Source: Woeseiaceae bacterium
Lineage (GTDB): Bacteria > Pseudomonadota > Gammaproteobacteria > Steroidobacterales > Woeseiaceae
Length of the DNA: 50,052 nt
Direction of reading: 5' to 3'
NCBI GenBank assembly: GCA_036276805.1
Contig: DASUOE010000202.1
Span: forward strand, 1 to 50,052
The position numbers and the translations under genes were made by a program. A model generated the notes under the pieces. It had not been told where the DNA came from. It ran no database searches and saw nothing but the letters and a program-made list of their open reading frames with translations. This document shows, piece after piece, positions 1-9,472 of the stretch; positions within the stretch are counted from its first letter, which is position 1, and every line of letters starts with the position of its first letter.

Positions 1-436
1 GGTACAGCGACTCCGGCGTGGTGACGAGGATCTCCGCCGGCTGGCGCACCTGGCGCTGGCGCTCGCGCGCCGGCGTGTCGCCCGTGCGCACCGCGACGCT
101 CGCGGCGTGAAAGGACAGCTCCAACCGCTCCGCCACGCGCACGATGCCGGTGAGCGGCGCGCGCAGGTTGCGCTCGATGTCGTAGACGAGCGCCTTGAGC
201 GGCGAGATGTAGAGGATGCGGACGCCGGGCTTCTCCGCCGGTCCGCGCGCGCCGATGCGGTCTATGCCGGCGAGGAACGCCGCCAGCGTCTTGCCGCTGC
301 CCGTCGGCGCGACGAGGAGCGCGTGCCGCCCGGCCCGGATGTGCGGCCAGCCCGCGGCCTGCACGGGAGTGGGCGCGGCGAAGTTGTCGCCGAACCAGCG
401 CTCGGTCGCGGGATGGAACATGCCGGGCGCCGTCAT
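1..436 (-). CDS. Lhr-like DEXH-box ATP-dependent helicase, N-terminal fragment (gene continues past the window start)
   Basis: Absent from the ORF track because it runs off the edge. My reverse translation from ATG 436-434 gives MTAPGMFHPATERWFGDNFAAPTPVQAAGWPHIRAGRHALLVAPTGSGKTLAAF..VTTPESLY, with Walker A APTGSGKT. The start overlaps the ligase stop as ATGA (433-436). Confidence 0.8.
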   Translation of the reverse strand, partial: MTAPGMFHPATERWFGDNFAAPTPVQAAGWPHIRAGRHALLVAPTGSGKTLAAFLAGIDRIGARGPAEKPGVRILYISPLKALVYDIERNLRAPLTGIVRVAERLELSFHAASVAVRTGDTPARERQRQVRQPAEILVTTPESLY

Positions 437-1974
437 GCGACCCCCGGCTGCGCAACGTACAACGCCCGGACCGTCCCGATGGTGTCCGCCTCGGCGGCGG
501 GCTTGTCGGGCCGGAACGCCTTGACGCGGGCGAAGCGCAGCGCGAGCCCGGCGGGGTACTGCGGGCTCTGCTGGATGTCGCTCACCGCGATCTCGACGAC
601 GAACGCCGGGCGCACGTGCACGACGTGGCCGGCACGGTGCGTCTCGAGCGCGAGCAGCGCGGCCGTCTGCTCCTCGAGCATCCGGTCGGTGAGGCCCTTG
701 AAGGTCTTGCCGAGCATCACGAAGCCGCCGGTCGCCGGGTCGCGGGCGCCCAAGTGCAGGTTAGAGAGCCAGCCCTTGCGCCGGCCGCTGCCCCACTCGG
801 CCGCGAGCACGACGAGGTCGAGCGTGTGCGCCTGCTTGATCTTGAGCCACTCGGCGCCGCGGCTGCCGGCGGCGTACGGGCTCCCCGGGGCTTTCGCCAT
901 GATGCCCTCGTGACCGGCCTCGAACGCGGCGGCGAGGAAGGCCGCGGCGGCGCCGGGCTCGTCCGTCAGGCGCCGCTCGACGCGCATCGTGGCCGGTGCC
1001 AGGTCCGCGAGTATTGCCGCGCGCTCGCGCAGTGGAATATCGAGCAGGTCGTCGCCCTCCGCGTGCAGGACGTCGAACAGGAAAATATCGAGCGGCAGCG
1101 CTTCGCGCTGCGCCGCCACGTCGCTCGTGCGGCCGAAGCGCCGCATCGTCACCTGGAACGGCAGTGGGCGACCGTCCTTCAGCGCGATGACCTCGCCGTC
1201 GAGCACGAGCTGCCGCGCCGGCAGCGCGAGCGTCGCCGCGACAACTTCGGGCAGGCGCTCGGTGACGTCGTTCAGGCCGCGCGAAAAGATGCGGACGTCG
1301 TCGCCGGCGCGGTGAATCTGTACCCGTGCGCCATCGAGCTTGTAATCGAGCACGGCTTCGCCGAGCTGTTGCATGGCGGCATCGATGTCGGCGGCCGGTT
1401 GCGCGAGCATCGGCCGCACCGGCGACATCAGCTCGAGGCGGAACTTGCGGAGGCCGCGCTCGCCCTGTGCGAGGGCGGCGGCCGCGACCGGCGCGGGGTC
1501 GGCCGCGAGCATGACGGCCCGACGCACGGCGTCGACCGCTACGCCCGCCGCGTCGGCAATGGCCTCTACGAGCACGCCCTCGAGCGCGCCCTGGCGGATC
1601 TCGCCCTGCACGAGGCGGGCCAGGAAATCGCGCTCCGCCTCGGTCGCGCGGCCGAACAGCGCCAGCAGGTCCGCGCGGCGCGCCGCCTGCGAGCCCTTGC
1701 CCGCGTGGCCGGCGATGCGCGCAACGGCGGCATCGACGTCGGCGAGCGTGAGCGACGGCGCAACGGCCGGCGGCGACGCCAGCGCATCGCGCACGACAGC
1801 GGGGCCGAGGCCGATCCGCCCCTGCGGCAGCGTTCCGCCGAGGTAGTTCACCGCGAGCGCGATTTCGCCGGCCGCGGCGCGGCGAAGCGTGGCGGCAATG
1901 AGCGCGCGCTTCTTCAGGCGGCTACGTGTGGCGGCCACCTCGCGGGAGACGTTGACGAGGTCTGAGAACTGCAT
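433..1974 (-). CDS. ATP-dependent DNA ligase
   Basis: 513-aa ORF with the adenylation KxDG motif (DYKLDGARVQIH) and ligase-like downstream motifs (LDGEVIAL, EGIMAK, WLKIK). It is translationally coupled to the helicase. Confidence 0.9.
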   Translation of the reverse strand: MQFSDLVNVSREVAATRSRLKKRALIAATLRRAAAGEIALAVNYLGGTLPQGRIGLGPAVVRDALASPPAVAPSLTLADVDAAVARIAGHAGKGSQAARRADLLALFGRATEAERDFLARLVQGEIRQGALEGVLVEAIADAAGVAVDAVRRAVMLAADPAPVAAAALAQGERGLRKFRLELMSPVRPMLAQPAADIDAAMQQLGEAVLDYKLDGARVQIHRAGDDVRIFSRGLNDVTERLPEVVAATLALPARQLVLDGEVIALKDGRPLPFQVTMRRFGRTSDVAAQREALPLDIFLFDVLHAEGDDLLDIPLRERAAILADLAPATMRVERRLTDEPGAAAAFLAAAFEAGHEGIMAKAPGSPYAAGSRGAEWLKIKQAHTLDLVVLAAEWGSGRRKGWLSNLHLGARDPATGGFVMLGKTFKGLTDRMLEEQTAALLALETHRAGHVVHVRPAFVVEIAVSDIQQSPQYPAGLALRFARVKAFRPDKPAAEADTIGTVRALYVAQPGVA

Positions 1975-2001
1975 CCGGGGCCGAATTTTCCAGGCTGGTA
2001 A

Positions 2002-2028
2002 GCCCCGGCGGACGGCATCCGCCGGGGC
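2002..2028 (-). terminator. GC-rich hairpin downstream of the transglutaminase-like gene (possible terminator or a different GTAG-tagged palindrome)
   Basis: Perfect 11-bp stem GCCCCGGCGGA/TCCGCCGGGGC with a 5-nt loop. On the minus strand it is preceded by GTAG (2035-2032). The U-tract is poor. Confidence 0.45.
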
Positions 2029-2076
2029 CGACTACCTTAGCCCGGATTGCCCCGGTTTGGGACGGCGTCGTCGCGC

Positions 2077-5000
2077 CTAGCGGAGGACGACGGGGAGTTC
2101 GATGCCGCGGATGGCGTCGCGCTGGAAGTCCGCGAACTCCCGGTACTGGTCGGGTGGGAAGCGCTCGCTTGCCGCCTCGTAGTCGAAGCGGATTTCCCAC
2201 GCGCCCTCGGCGACCGTGACGTCGCGCCGCCAGTTTCCGAACCGCGACTCCGCGGATTCCGGCCGCTTGGAGCCGGGCGCGAGCTCGCGTCCGGCGGGTA
2301 CGTGCACCGAGGTGCGGGCGCTGACCCGGAGCGGGTAATAGAACTCGAACGGGAAACGGCGGTCGTTCACCCGGTCGTATTCGAGATAGTAGGACTCGAC
2401 GAAGCCCGGCAGGTCGAACTTGCCGTCGTCGCGGATCGGCAGCTCGTAGCGGATCTCGACGACCAGGTCGTAGTTCGCGTCGAAGACGTTTTCGACGAAG
2501 TAGTCCGTCACCTCGGCGTCGGCGTAGCGCCCGGCGACCCAGCGCTGGATGGCCGAGGGCATGTCGGTCGCCTCGATCGTGCGCAGCTGGCTGCGCAGGT
2601 TCGCGGCCTGGTAGCCGGTGAGCCGTGCGGTCTCGCGTACCGTCAGCGTTTCGGCGTCGGCGAGTTCGACGATGCGCTCGATCTCGAGGTCGTCGCGATC
2701 CGCCAGGTGCCCGTAGCCCGGTATGCGTTCGAGCGCCGGCGAGTCGTCGAGCACGAGCGCATGGTTGTCGCGGAGCGAGCGCGGCGCCAGCGTACCCAGC
2801 CGCAGGTCCTTGTCCGTCGTGTCGATGAAGCGCAGGCCCGCCTCCGTTGGCACCGCCACGACCATGTGATCGAACTGGTCGGTGTTCGGGAGCTCCGGGC
2901 TCACTTCCTCCGACAGGTTCACGAGTGCGAGCGATGCGTCGACGCCGACGGCATTCAGCATCGCGTACAGGAGCACCGCGTGGTCCTTGCAGTCGCCGTA
3001 ACGGTCGCGCAGCGTTTCGCGCGCCGACTTCGGAATGTACGCCCGGCGGCCGAACTCGAGCGCCTTGTAGGTAATCTCGTCCTGCACGTAGGCGCTCAGG
3101 ACCTCGATCCTGCGGTCGGTGCCGTCGATGCCGGCAACGAGGCCATTTGCCCGCTCGGCCACGTCCTCCGCCGCGAGCTTGTCGCGTATCTGGTCCAGGT
3201 AGTCGCTGCCGACCGCATCCCAGCCCCGCCCGATCGTGCCGATGCGCACCCAGGGCAGGATCTGGTCGTGGTACGGCTGCAGCGGTTCCCAGCGGTACGC
3301 GACCGGGTCGTCGACGCGCCAGGTCAGCGCCCCGTCGCGACGCTCCGGCGCCGCTACTTCGCGGGCCGCGTACTCGATCCCGCCGGCGTCTCCGCGCACG
3401 AACACGGCGCTCAGCCGGATCGGGCGATCGGCCGCGAGGTAGTGCGTCTCCAGCGGCCACTGCCCCTCCTCCACCCGGGTGCGCTTGCTGACCAGCGCTT
3501 CGATGGAGTATCCGGGTGCGAGCTTCGGCACGGGCAGGTGCGCGGTGCGGTCCGTGCTCGCCTCGTACCCGTCTTCGTCGTTCGTAATGAAGTAGCTCTG
3601 CAGGCTGCCCTCCGCGACCACTTCGCCGTCGGCGTTGCGCACGCGCAGCGCGTTGACGAAGAGCTGCTCGGACGCCGCATCGAAATCGAACATGAGCGTG
3701 CTGAAGTTCTCGACGCCGCTGTCGTCGTATACGTGTACTTTCTGGTACCAGGTCGTCACGACGATGCCGGGGCTCCGCCTCTCGAGGCCCTTCATGCGCG
3801 CGAGGTACTCGGCGCCGTAGCCCGCCTCGCGACCCGTCGGCTGTGCGGCATCGAATTCCTGCTCGAGCCAGCGCGGCAGGGGCACCGGCTCCACCGGCTG
3901 GCTGATCAGCGTGACGTCGCCTTCGCCCAGCATCGAGTCGATGGCTTCCAGGTAATCGCGCACCGCGCTGTTGCCCGGGGCGAATTCCAGCGCTTTTTCG
4001 AAGGACGCGCGCGCCTCGCGATAGGACTGGAGGCGGTACTCCGAGCTGCCCTTGTAGAAGTAGCTTTCGAGCGACCGGTAGTTGTTGGCGATGAGTTCCT
4101 CCGCAATCCGCAGCACGTCGGCGGGAGCGTTCATCGCCTCGTAGACGTCGATCCGCGCGTAGGCGAGGTCCGCATTGAAGCCGCGCCCGCTGTCGAGCGA
4201 ATCGAGCATCCCGAGCGCCCGCTCGTGCTCGCCGCGGCGGGCCAGCAGCTCGGCCTCGAGGTAACGCAGGTCGGGGGGCAGGGCGCCGCCCTTGCTGTAG
4301 TCTGCGAAGGCGCGGTCGAGCGTGTCCCACTCGCCCGCTTCCGCGAGGATCGTCGCGTACGCGCCGAAATCGTTGTCCTCGCGGTACCCGGTGGCGAACA
4401 GCTCGGCATACACCGGCTCCGCCCGGTCGTACTCGTCGAGCTGGTAGGCGAGCCAGGCGTCCCAGCTGCGCGCCACCGGGTCGCCGGCCACGGCGGGCAG
4501 CCGCGGCGTCAGCCAGTCCGCCGCTTCGCGCCAGGCGTCGAGTTCCGCGAGCGCCTGCACGGCGTTGACCGCGTACGAAGGGTCGGCCGGAGCGAGCGCA
4601 TTCGCTTCGGAAAAGAAACGGTGCGCATCGCGGTATACGCGTGCGGCGTGTAATTGCAGGCCGATGGAATTCAGGGTGAACGCATTGCGGCCGCGCTCGC
4701 CCTCGTCGGCAAAGCGGGCCTCGGCGGCACCGGCCGAGCCCGCGACCTCGAAGCGCTCCCACAGCTTCGAAAGGCGCTGGTCGAGGTCGTCGTCGCTCGT
4801 CGGGCCCCACGCGCCGTAGAGCCAGGCGCAGCGGTCGTTCGCAAGCAACGCGATGTGGTATTCGAACTCGTCGCCGTCGATGACGTCCGTGCCGGCGAAC
4901 AGGCGCCCGGCGGCCGCGCCCTTCTCCACCTCGCGCTCGTCGTCGATGAAGTCGGAAGGGTAGTCCTCGCCGAACTGTTGCAGCGCCATCCGGTACATCG

Positions 5001-5277
5001 GGTGCGCAGGCGGGGCCGCACCCTGCCAGCAGCCCGGCACGACCACCATGCCGTAGCCGTCGGCGGACAGCGCGGCGTAGTCGGCGCCCTCGGCCGACTC
5101 GTGGACGTCGGTCCAGCGCTGCCAGCCCACGCCGGGCGAGCGCACGGCGTAGCCCCAGGTGGGCGAAGTGAAATCGGCGAGTCGGCCGGCCTTGCCACTT
5201 TCCGATGCCGCGGCCGCACTCATGCATGCCGCGAGCAGCACGAGGGCGGCCGCGGCTATCCGGTGACTGGAACTCAT
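2077..5277 (-). CDS. Secreted TPR-repeat / DUF3857-like / transglutaminase-like cysteine protease-fold protein (1066 aa)
   Basis: Track ORF 2077..5328. I moved the start to M18 (cat at 5275-5277), which gives the signal peptide MSSSHRIAAAALVLLAACMSAAAAS. The N-terminal half is TPR-like. The C-terminal half carries the transglutaminase-core Cys motif RYGDCKDHAVLLYAMLNAVG. Confidence 0.75.
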   Translation of the reverse strand: MSSSHRIAAAALVLLAACMSAAAASESGKAGRLADFTSPTWGYAVRSPGVGWQRWTDVHESAEGADYAALSADGYGMVVVPGCWQGAAPPAHPMYRMALQQFGEDYPSDFIDDEREVEKGAAAGRLFAGTDVIDGDEFEYHIALLANDRCAWLYGAWGPTSDDDLDQRLSKLWERFEVAGSAGAAEARFADEGERGRNAFTLNSIGLQLHAARVYRDAHRFFSEANALAPADPSYAVNAVQALAELDAWREAADWLTPRLPAVAGDPVARSWDAWLAYQLDEYDRAEPVYAELFATGYREDNDFGAYATILAEAGEWDTLDRAFADYSKGGALPPDLRYLEAELLARRGEHERALGMLDSLDSGRGFNADLAYARIDVYEAMNAPADVLRIAEELIANNYRSLESYFYKGSSEYRLQSYREARASFEKALEFAPGNSAVRDYLEAIDSMLGEGDVTLISQPVEPVPLPRWLEQEFDAAQPTGREAGYGAEYLARMKGLERRSPGIVVTTWYQKVHVYDDSGVENFSTLMFDFDAASEQLFVNALRVRNADGEVVAEGSLQSYFITNDEDGYEASTDRTAHLPVPKLAPGYSIEALVSKRTRVEEGQWPLETHYLAADRPIRLSAVFVRGDAGGIEYAAREVAAPERRDGALTWRVDDPVAYRWEPLQPYHDQILPWVRIGTIGRGWDAVGSDYLDQIRDKLAAEDVAERANGLVAGIDGTDRRIEVLSAYVQDEITYKALEFGRRAYIPKSARETLRDRYGDCKDHAVLLYAMLNAVGVDASLALVNLSEEVSPELPNTDQFDHMVVAVPTEAGLRFIDTTDKDLRLGTLAPRSLRDNHALVLDDSPALERIPGYGHLADRDDLEIERIVELADAETLTVRETARLTGYQAANLRSQLRTIEATDMPSAIQRWVAGRYADAEVTDYFVENVFDANYDLVVEIRYELPIRDDGKFDLPGFVESYYLEYDRVNDRRFPFEFYYPLRVSARTSVHVPAGRELAPGSKRPESAESRFGNWRRDVTVAEGAWEIRFDYEAASERFPPDQYREFADFQRDAIRGIELPVVLR

Positions 5278-5356
5278 CGGGGCGCATTCTACGCGCCCCG
5301 GCGGCGCGTGCTGTGCGTCATTCGGCACTTTCGGCTTTGGCGCGAGCCGAGGCGCC

Positions 5357-5462
5357 TTTAGGAGCGGCCGTCAGGCCGCGAATGGTTTTGCACCTGCCGG
5401 CCGCGGCGATTACGTCACGGCATCCGGCCGCGTGCTACTCGTGGCGTTACCGCCCCTCCTAC
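5357..5462. repeat. REPIN-like inverted pair of GTAG-tagged REP units
   Basis: TTAGGAGCGGCCGTCAGGCCGCGAATGG ... ACTCGTGGCGTTACCGCCCCTCCTAC. The roughly 50-bp spacer resembles that of the pair at 46467..46570. Confidence 0.85.
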
Positions 5463-7006
5463 AGCTGGCTGCGGATCGGCAGCACCCGCATGAACCCGGC
5501 CACGAACCGGTCCCACCAGCTCGTCTGCGGTTCCTTGTCCTCGACGAACGGCCGGCCGTCGCGGTCCCAGCCGCGCCAGCGCAGGTCGCCGTCATCGAGA
5601 AACAACTCGTAGGCGTCGCTCTTCAGTCTCGCGAACACACGGTCGGCCATTTCCGTCGCGAGCACGGGGTCCCTGATCACGACCCCCATCTCCGTGTTCA
5701 GGTTTGCCGAGCGCGGATCGAAATTGAAAGACCCGATGAACGCTTCGTCGCGATCGACGATGAACGCCTTCGTGTGCAGCGTCGCCTTCGCGCCGGTCGC
5801 GGCGACGAGCTCGGCGCCGGCAACTTCGGAATCCGGCCGCGCCTCGTAGATCTTCACGCCGCCCTCGAGCAGGGGTTTCCGTGCGGGCGCGTAGCCGCCG
5901 TGCACGGAAAACTGGTTGTTCGCGGCGAGCGAGTTCGTGATGACGATCACGTCGATACCCTGTGCCGCCCGCGCGTTCAGCGCGTCGGTGCCCCACTTCC
6001 GCGGGACGAAGTACGGGGACACGATGATCAGCTGCCGCTCGGCCCGGACCAGCTCCTCCAGGAGCTCCTGCGCGATGAGCTTCGTGTCGTCGGCCTGCTC
6101 CTTCAAGCCCTTGTCCGGCGAATCGTAGACGAGCCGGTAGTCCGACCAGCGGAAGTCCTCCGTGCCGGCGCGGGCGAAGGCGGTGTAGCGATCCAGAACG
6201 GCCTCGGCGTAGCGGCTGTTGGGCACGTCCTCGTAGGCGCGGGCGAGCCGGGTGCGGACCTGTTCCAGGTCGCCTTCGGGATCGCTGCGCCCTTCGTAGA
6301 ACGCGCCGACGGGCAGCGCCGTCTCGTGGTTCCAGTACAGGTCGAACATTTCGGACACGTCCGTCACGACCGGGCCGATGCCGATGACGTCGAGATCACC
6401 GAAGTTCACGTCCTCGCGCGCGGCGAAATACTCCGCGGCGATGTTGCGCCCGCCGATGATCGTCACCTGGTTGTCCACGGTGAAGGACTTGTTGTGCATG
6501 CGCCGGTTCACGCGGCCGAAGTCGGCGATCGCCCCGAGCGGCCGCCCGGCAAAGCCGCGGTTGAAGGGGTTGAAGATGCGGATCTCGACGTTCGGGTGGT
6601 GATCCAGCGCAGCCATGCCGGGGTCGTAGCCCGACGTGAACATGTCGTCCAGGAGAAACCGCACACGCACCCCGCGGTCGGCCGCCCGCACGAGGGCATG
6701 CAGGAAAGCCCGGCCGACCAGGTCGTCCTTGATGAGGTAGTACTGCAGGTCGATGCTTTTCTCGGCCTGTTCCGCCAGCAACAGGCGGGCCGCCAGCGCA
6801 TCGATGCCGTTCGGCAACTCGTGGAAGCCCGACTGTCCCGCCGGGTGCTGCGCCGCCTCCGCCGCGTACTTGCCGGCCAGGCGGGTGCCGGCGGTGTCGT
6901 CGATGACGGTCGAGGGAGTCCGGGGGTAATCGAAATCGATGCCGGCGCACGCGCCGATGAACACCGGGGATACGAGCAGGAGAATTATTCTTGTGATCCT
7001 GTTCAT
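5459..7006 (-). CDS. Phospholipase D / cardiolipin-synthase family lipoprotein (two HKD motifs)
   Basis: HKD motifs HNKSFTVDNQVTIIGGRNI and LHTKAFIVDRDEAFIGSFNFDPRS. I moved the start to M36 (7006), giving MNRITRIILLLVSPVFIGAC with a lipobox. Confidence 0.85.
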   Translation of the reverse strand: MNRITRIILLLVSPVFIGACAGIDFDYPRTPSTVIDDTAGTRLAGKYAAEAAQHPAGQSGFHELPNGIDALAARLLLAEQAEKSIDLQYYLIKDDLVGRAFLHALVRAADRGVRVRFLLDDMFTSGYDPGMAALDHHPNVEIRIFNPFNRGFAGRPLGAIADFGRVNRRMHNKSFTVDNQVTIIGGRNIAAEYFAAREDVNFGDLDVIGIGPVVTDVSEMFDLYWNHETALPVGAFYEGRSDPEGDLEQVRTRLARAYEDVPNSRYAEAVLDRYTAFARAGTEDFRWSDYRLVYDSPDKGLKEQADDTKLIAQELLEELVRAERQLIIVSPYFVPRKWGTDALNARAAQGIDVIVITNSLAANNQFSVHGGYAPARKPLLEGGVKIYEARPDSEVAGAELVAATGAKATLHTKAFIVDRDEAFIGSFNFDPRSANLNTEMGVVIRDPVLATEMADRVFARLKSDAYELFLDDGDLRWRGWDRDGRPFVEDKEPQTSWWDRFVAGFMRVLPIRSQL

Positions 7007-7082
7007 GCCACAATCATACGGTGCGCCCGGTCGACACTCCAAACGCAACCCCTGCCTGCCGGCCTCCTGAATACGCCGGCGT

Positions 7083-8627
7083 ATGAGCCCCGACACGGCG
7101 TTGTCGCGCATCCTCGCGCGCCTGCGTGACTTCGCCTGGCTCTGGATCCTCCTGTTCTGCGTCGCGGTCGGCGTGTACGCGGCGTTGCGCGAGCCGCTGA
7201 CCGGCCCGGAGGGCGAGCTCCACTACGGCGCACTGTCGATACTCCCGGCCATCGCGACGCTGGTCATCTGCTTCGTCACGCGCAACGTTATCCTCGCGCT
7301 GTTCATGGGCATCATTGTCGGCGGGCTCATCAGCACCGACTACAACGTCATCCAGGCCTACCTCATTCCCAACATCGGGACGCCGCGGTTCGCCGAAATC
7401 CTGCTCGTGTACCTGTGGGCGCTGGGCGGGCTATTGGGACTCTGGAACCGCAACGGCGGCGCGTGGCACTTCGCGACGTTCGTCTCGTCGCGGTTCGTGC
7501 ACTCGCGGCGTTCCGCGATGTTCTTCGCCTGGGTGCTCGGCATGCTGTTCCACCAGGGCGGCACAGTGAGCACGGTGCTGACCGGTACGACCGTCCGCCC
7601 GGTCGCGGACCGTGAAAAGGTGGCGCACGAGGAACTCTCCTACATCGTCGACTCGACCGCGTCGCCCGTCGCGACGATCATCCCGTTCAATGCCTGGCCG
7701 CTGTATGTCGGCGGCCTGATCGCAATCCCGTCGCTCGCGGCGGAGATTCCAGACCGCGATGCCGCCGTCGCGCTGTTCATGCAGGCGCTGCCGTACAATT
7801 TCTACAGCTGGATCGCCGTCGGCCTGACGCTCCTGTTCGCGCTCGGCGTGCTGCCGATCGTCGGCGCGCCGATGCGCCGCGCGCGGGAGCGCGTACTCGC
7901 GACCGGCGCCCTCGATGCGCCCGACGCCGAGCCGATGATTTCGAAGGAGCTCACGACTGTAGACGTCGCCCCCGGCTACCGGCCCTCCCTGCTCGACTTC
8001 TTCGTGCCGATCGGGGTGCTGCTCGCCGTCGCGATACTGCCGTACCTGCTCGCGGGCCGGCTCATGATCTTCGAGGCCTTCGGGCTCGCCCTCGTCGCGG
8101 CCGTCGTGCTGTCCCTGTTGCGTGGCATGAGCACCAAGGATGCATTCGACGGGCTGGTCGACGGCGTCAAGGGCGTGACCGTCGGCGCCATCATCCTGGG
8201 CCTCGCCGTGACGCTCGGCGGCGTGTCGGACGCGCTCGGCGCCGCCGACTGGGTGATCCAGTCGACGGCCGCGGGACTGACGTCCGTACCGTGGGTATTG
8301 CCCGGCCTCCTCACCCTGCTGTGCATGGCGATCTCGTTTTCCGTCGGCACGTCCTGGGGCACGTATGCCGTCGTCTTCCCGATTGCGCTGCCGCTCGCCT
8401 TCGCGATCGCTCCGGACCCGATGTACGTCTCTCTGTGCTTCGGCGCGATCATGGGCGGCTCGGTCTTCGGCGACCAGTGTTCGCCTATTTCCGACACGAC
8501 GATTCTCTCCGCCCTGTCCTGCGGCGCCGACCTGATGGATCACGTCGTCACGCAGCTGCCGCTCGCGCTGGCCGCGGCCGGCGCGGCCATCGTGCTCTGC
8601 ACGGCCATCGCACTCGGTATCGGCTGA
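7083..8627 (+). CDS. Na+/H+ antiporter NhaC-family membrane protein
   Basis: 514-aa polytopic membrane ORF. The N-terminal region (SILPAIATLVICFVTRNVILALFMGIIVGG) is typical of NhaC-family proteins. Confidence 0.8.
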   Translation: MSPDTALSRILARLRDFAWLWILLFCVAVGVYAALREPLTGPEGELHYGALSILPAIATLVICFVTRNVILALFMGIIVGGLISTDYNVIQAYLIPNIGTPRFAEILLVYLWALGGLLGLWNRNGGAWHFATFVSSRFVHSRRSAMFFAWVLGMLFHQGGTVSTVLTGTTVRPVADREKVAHEELSYIVDSTASPVATIIPFNAWPLYVGGLIAIPSLAAEIPDRDAAVALFMQALPYNFYSWIAVGLTLLFALGVLPIVGAPMRRARERVLATGALDAPDAEPMISKELTTVDVAPGYRPSLLDFFVPIGVLLAVAILPYLLAGRLMIFEAFGLALVAAVVLSLLRGMSTKDAFDGLVDGVKGVTVGAIILGLAVTLGGVSDALGAADWVIQSTAAGLTSVPWVLPGLLTLLCMAISFSVGTSWGTYAVVFPIALPLAFAIAPDPMYVSLCFGAIMGGSVFGDQCSPISDTTILSALSCGADLMDHVVTQLPLALAAAGAAIVLCTAIALGIG

Positions 8628-8691
8628 CCGGGACGGACGAGGCGGCGGGTGCGCCCGCGGCACGGGCGGATCGGCAGCGGCCGGCCGTTTC

Positions 8692-8720
8692 TCAACAGGC
8701 TGCCGGGGCTGATATATAAT
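8692..8720 (+). promoter_or_regulatory. Candidate sigma-70 promoter for the cytochrome c5 gene
   Basis: TCAACA (4/6 match), 17-nt spacer, perfect TATAAT at 8715-8720, about 60 nt before the start codon. Confidence 0.3.
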
Positions 8721-8779
8721 GCGCCCCTTCCAGCCGGCCGGCGGGGTCACGGCAGGCCATCAAGCTCCGGAGCAGTGCG

Positions 8780-9292
8780 TTGAATCGGGACCAGAAATTT
8801 TTCGACTTGTATTCGCTCGTCATCGGCGGACTCGCCGCCATCGGCCTCGCACTTTTCATCCTCGCGATGGAAATGGCCGAAGTCACCCAGGGCGTGTACA
8901 CGCAGGAAACCGACGAATTCCAGGCCGCGATCAACGAACGGATCCAGCCGCTCAGCCAGGTCTACCTGCCCGGCGAGGCGGATGCCGCGGCGCGGCCCGC
9001 CGCGTCGGCCCCGGCCGCGCCGGAACCGGTCGCAACGACGATGACCGGCCCGCAGGTCTACAACAGCGCGTGCATCGCCTGCCACGGCACGGGCGTGGGG
9101 GGCGCGCCCAAGGTCGGCGACCCGGCCGTCTGGGCGGAGCGCATGGCGAAGGGCATGGAAACCCTGAGCCAGCACGCGATCGAGGGCTTCATCGGCTCCG
9201 CCGGCGTGATGCCCGCAAAGGGCGGCCGCACCGACCTGTCCGACGAGGAAGTCGTCGACGCCGTCCGGTACATGGTCGACGAGTCGACGTAA
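8780..9292 (+). CDS. Membrane-anchored cytochrome c5-family protein
   Basis: Heme motif CIACHG, Met-ligand region GVMPAKGG and an LSDEEV..AVRYM tail. There is an N-terminal TM helix and an Ala/Pro linker. Start is TTG per the track. Confidence 0.85.
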   Translation: MNRDQKFFDLYSLVIGGLAAIGLALFILAMEMAEVTQGVYTQETDEFQAAINERIQPLSQVYLPGEADAAARPAASAPAAPEPVATTMTGPQVYNSACIACHGTGVGGAPKVGDPAVWAERMAKGMETLSQHAIEGFIGSAGVMPAKGGRTDLSDEEVVDAVRYMVDEST

Positions 9293-9320
9293 CGCAGCGC
9301 TCGCGACCATCGTTACGGCC

Positions 9321-9472
9321 GTAGGAGCGGCGGTACGCCGCGACTTGCAGGCGGCCGGATTGGAGCGACGCTTCTCCCGCACCCGGACGCCGCGAACCCT
9401 TCGCGGCCTGACGGCCGCTCCTACAGGTAACCTGATCGCACGAACCATTCGCGGCCTGACGGCCGCTCCTAC
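9321..9472. repeat. REP cluster (one forward, two reverse units)
   Basis: GTAGGAGCGGCGGTACGCCGCGACTTG at 9321. TTCGCGGCCTGACGGCCGCTCCTAC ends at 9424 and ATTCGCGGCCTGACGGCCGCTCCTAC ends at 9472. Confidence 0.9.

Noticed and set aside
1922-5287. 1121-aa ORF (and 2047..4653, 868 aa) overlapping the transglutaminase-like gene.
   Set aside because: The translations are Arg/Ala/Gly/Pro-rich and low in complexity, as expected for out-of-frame or antisense reading of GC-rich coding DNA. The 2077..5277 frame has a signal peptide and recognisable domains.
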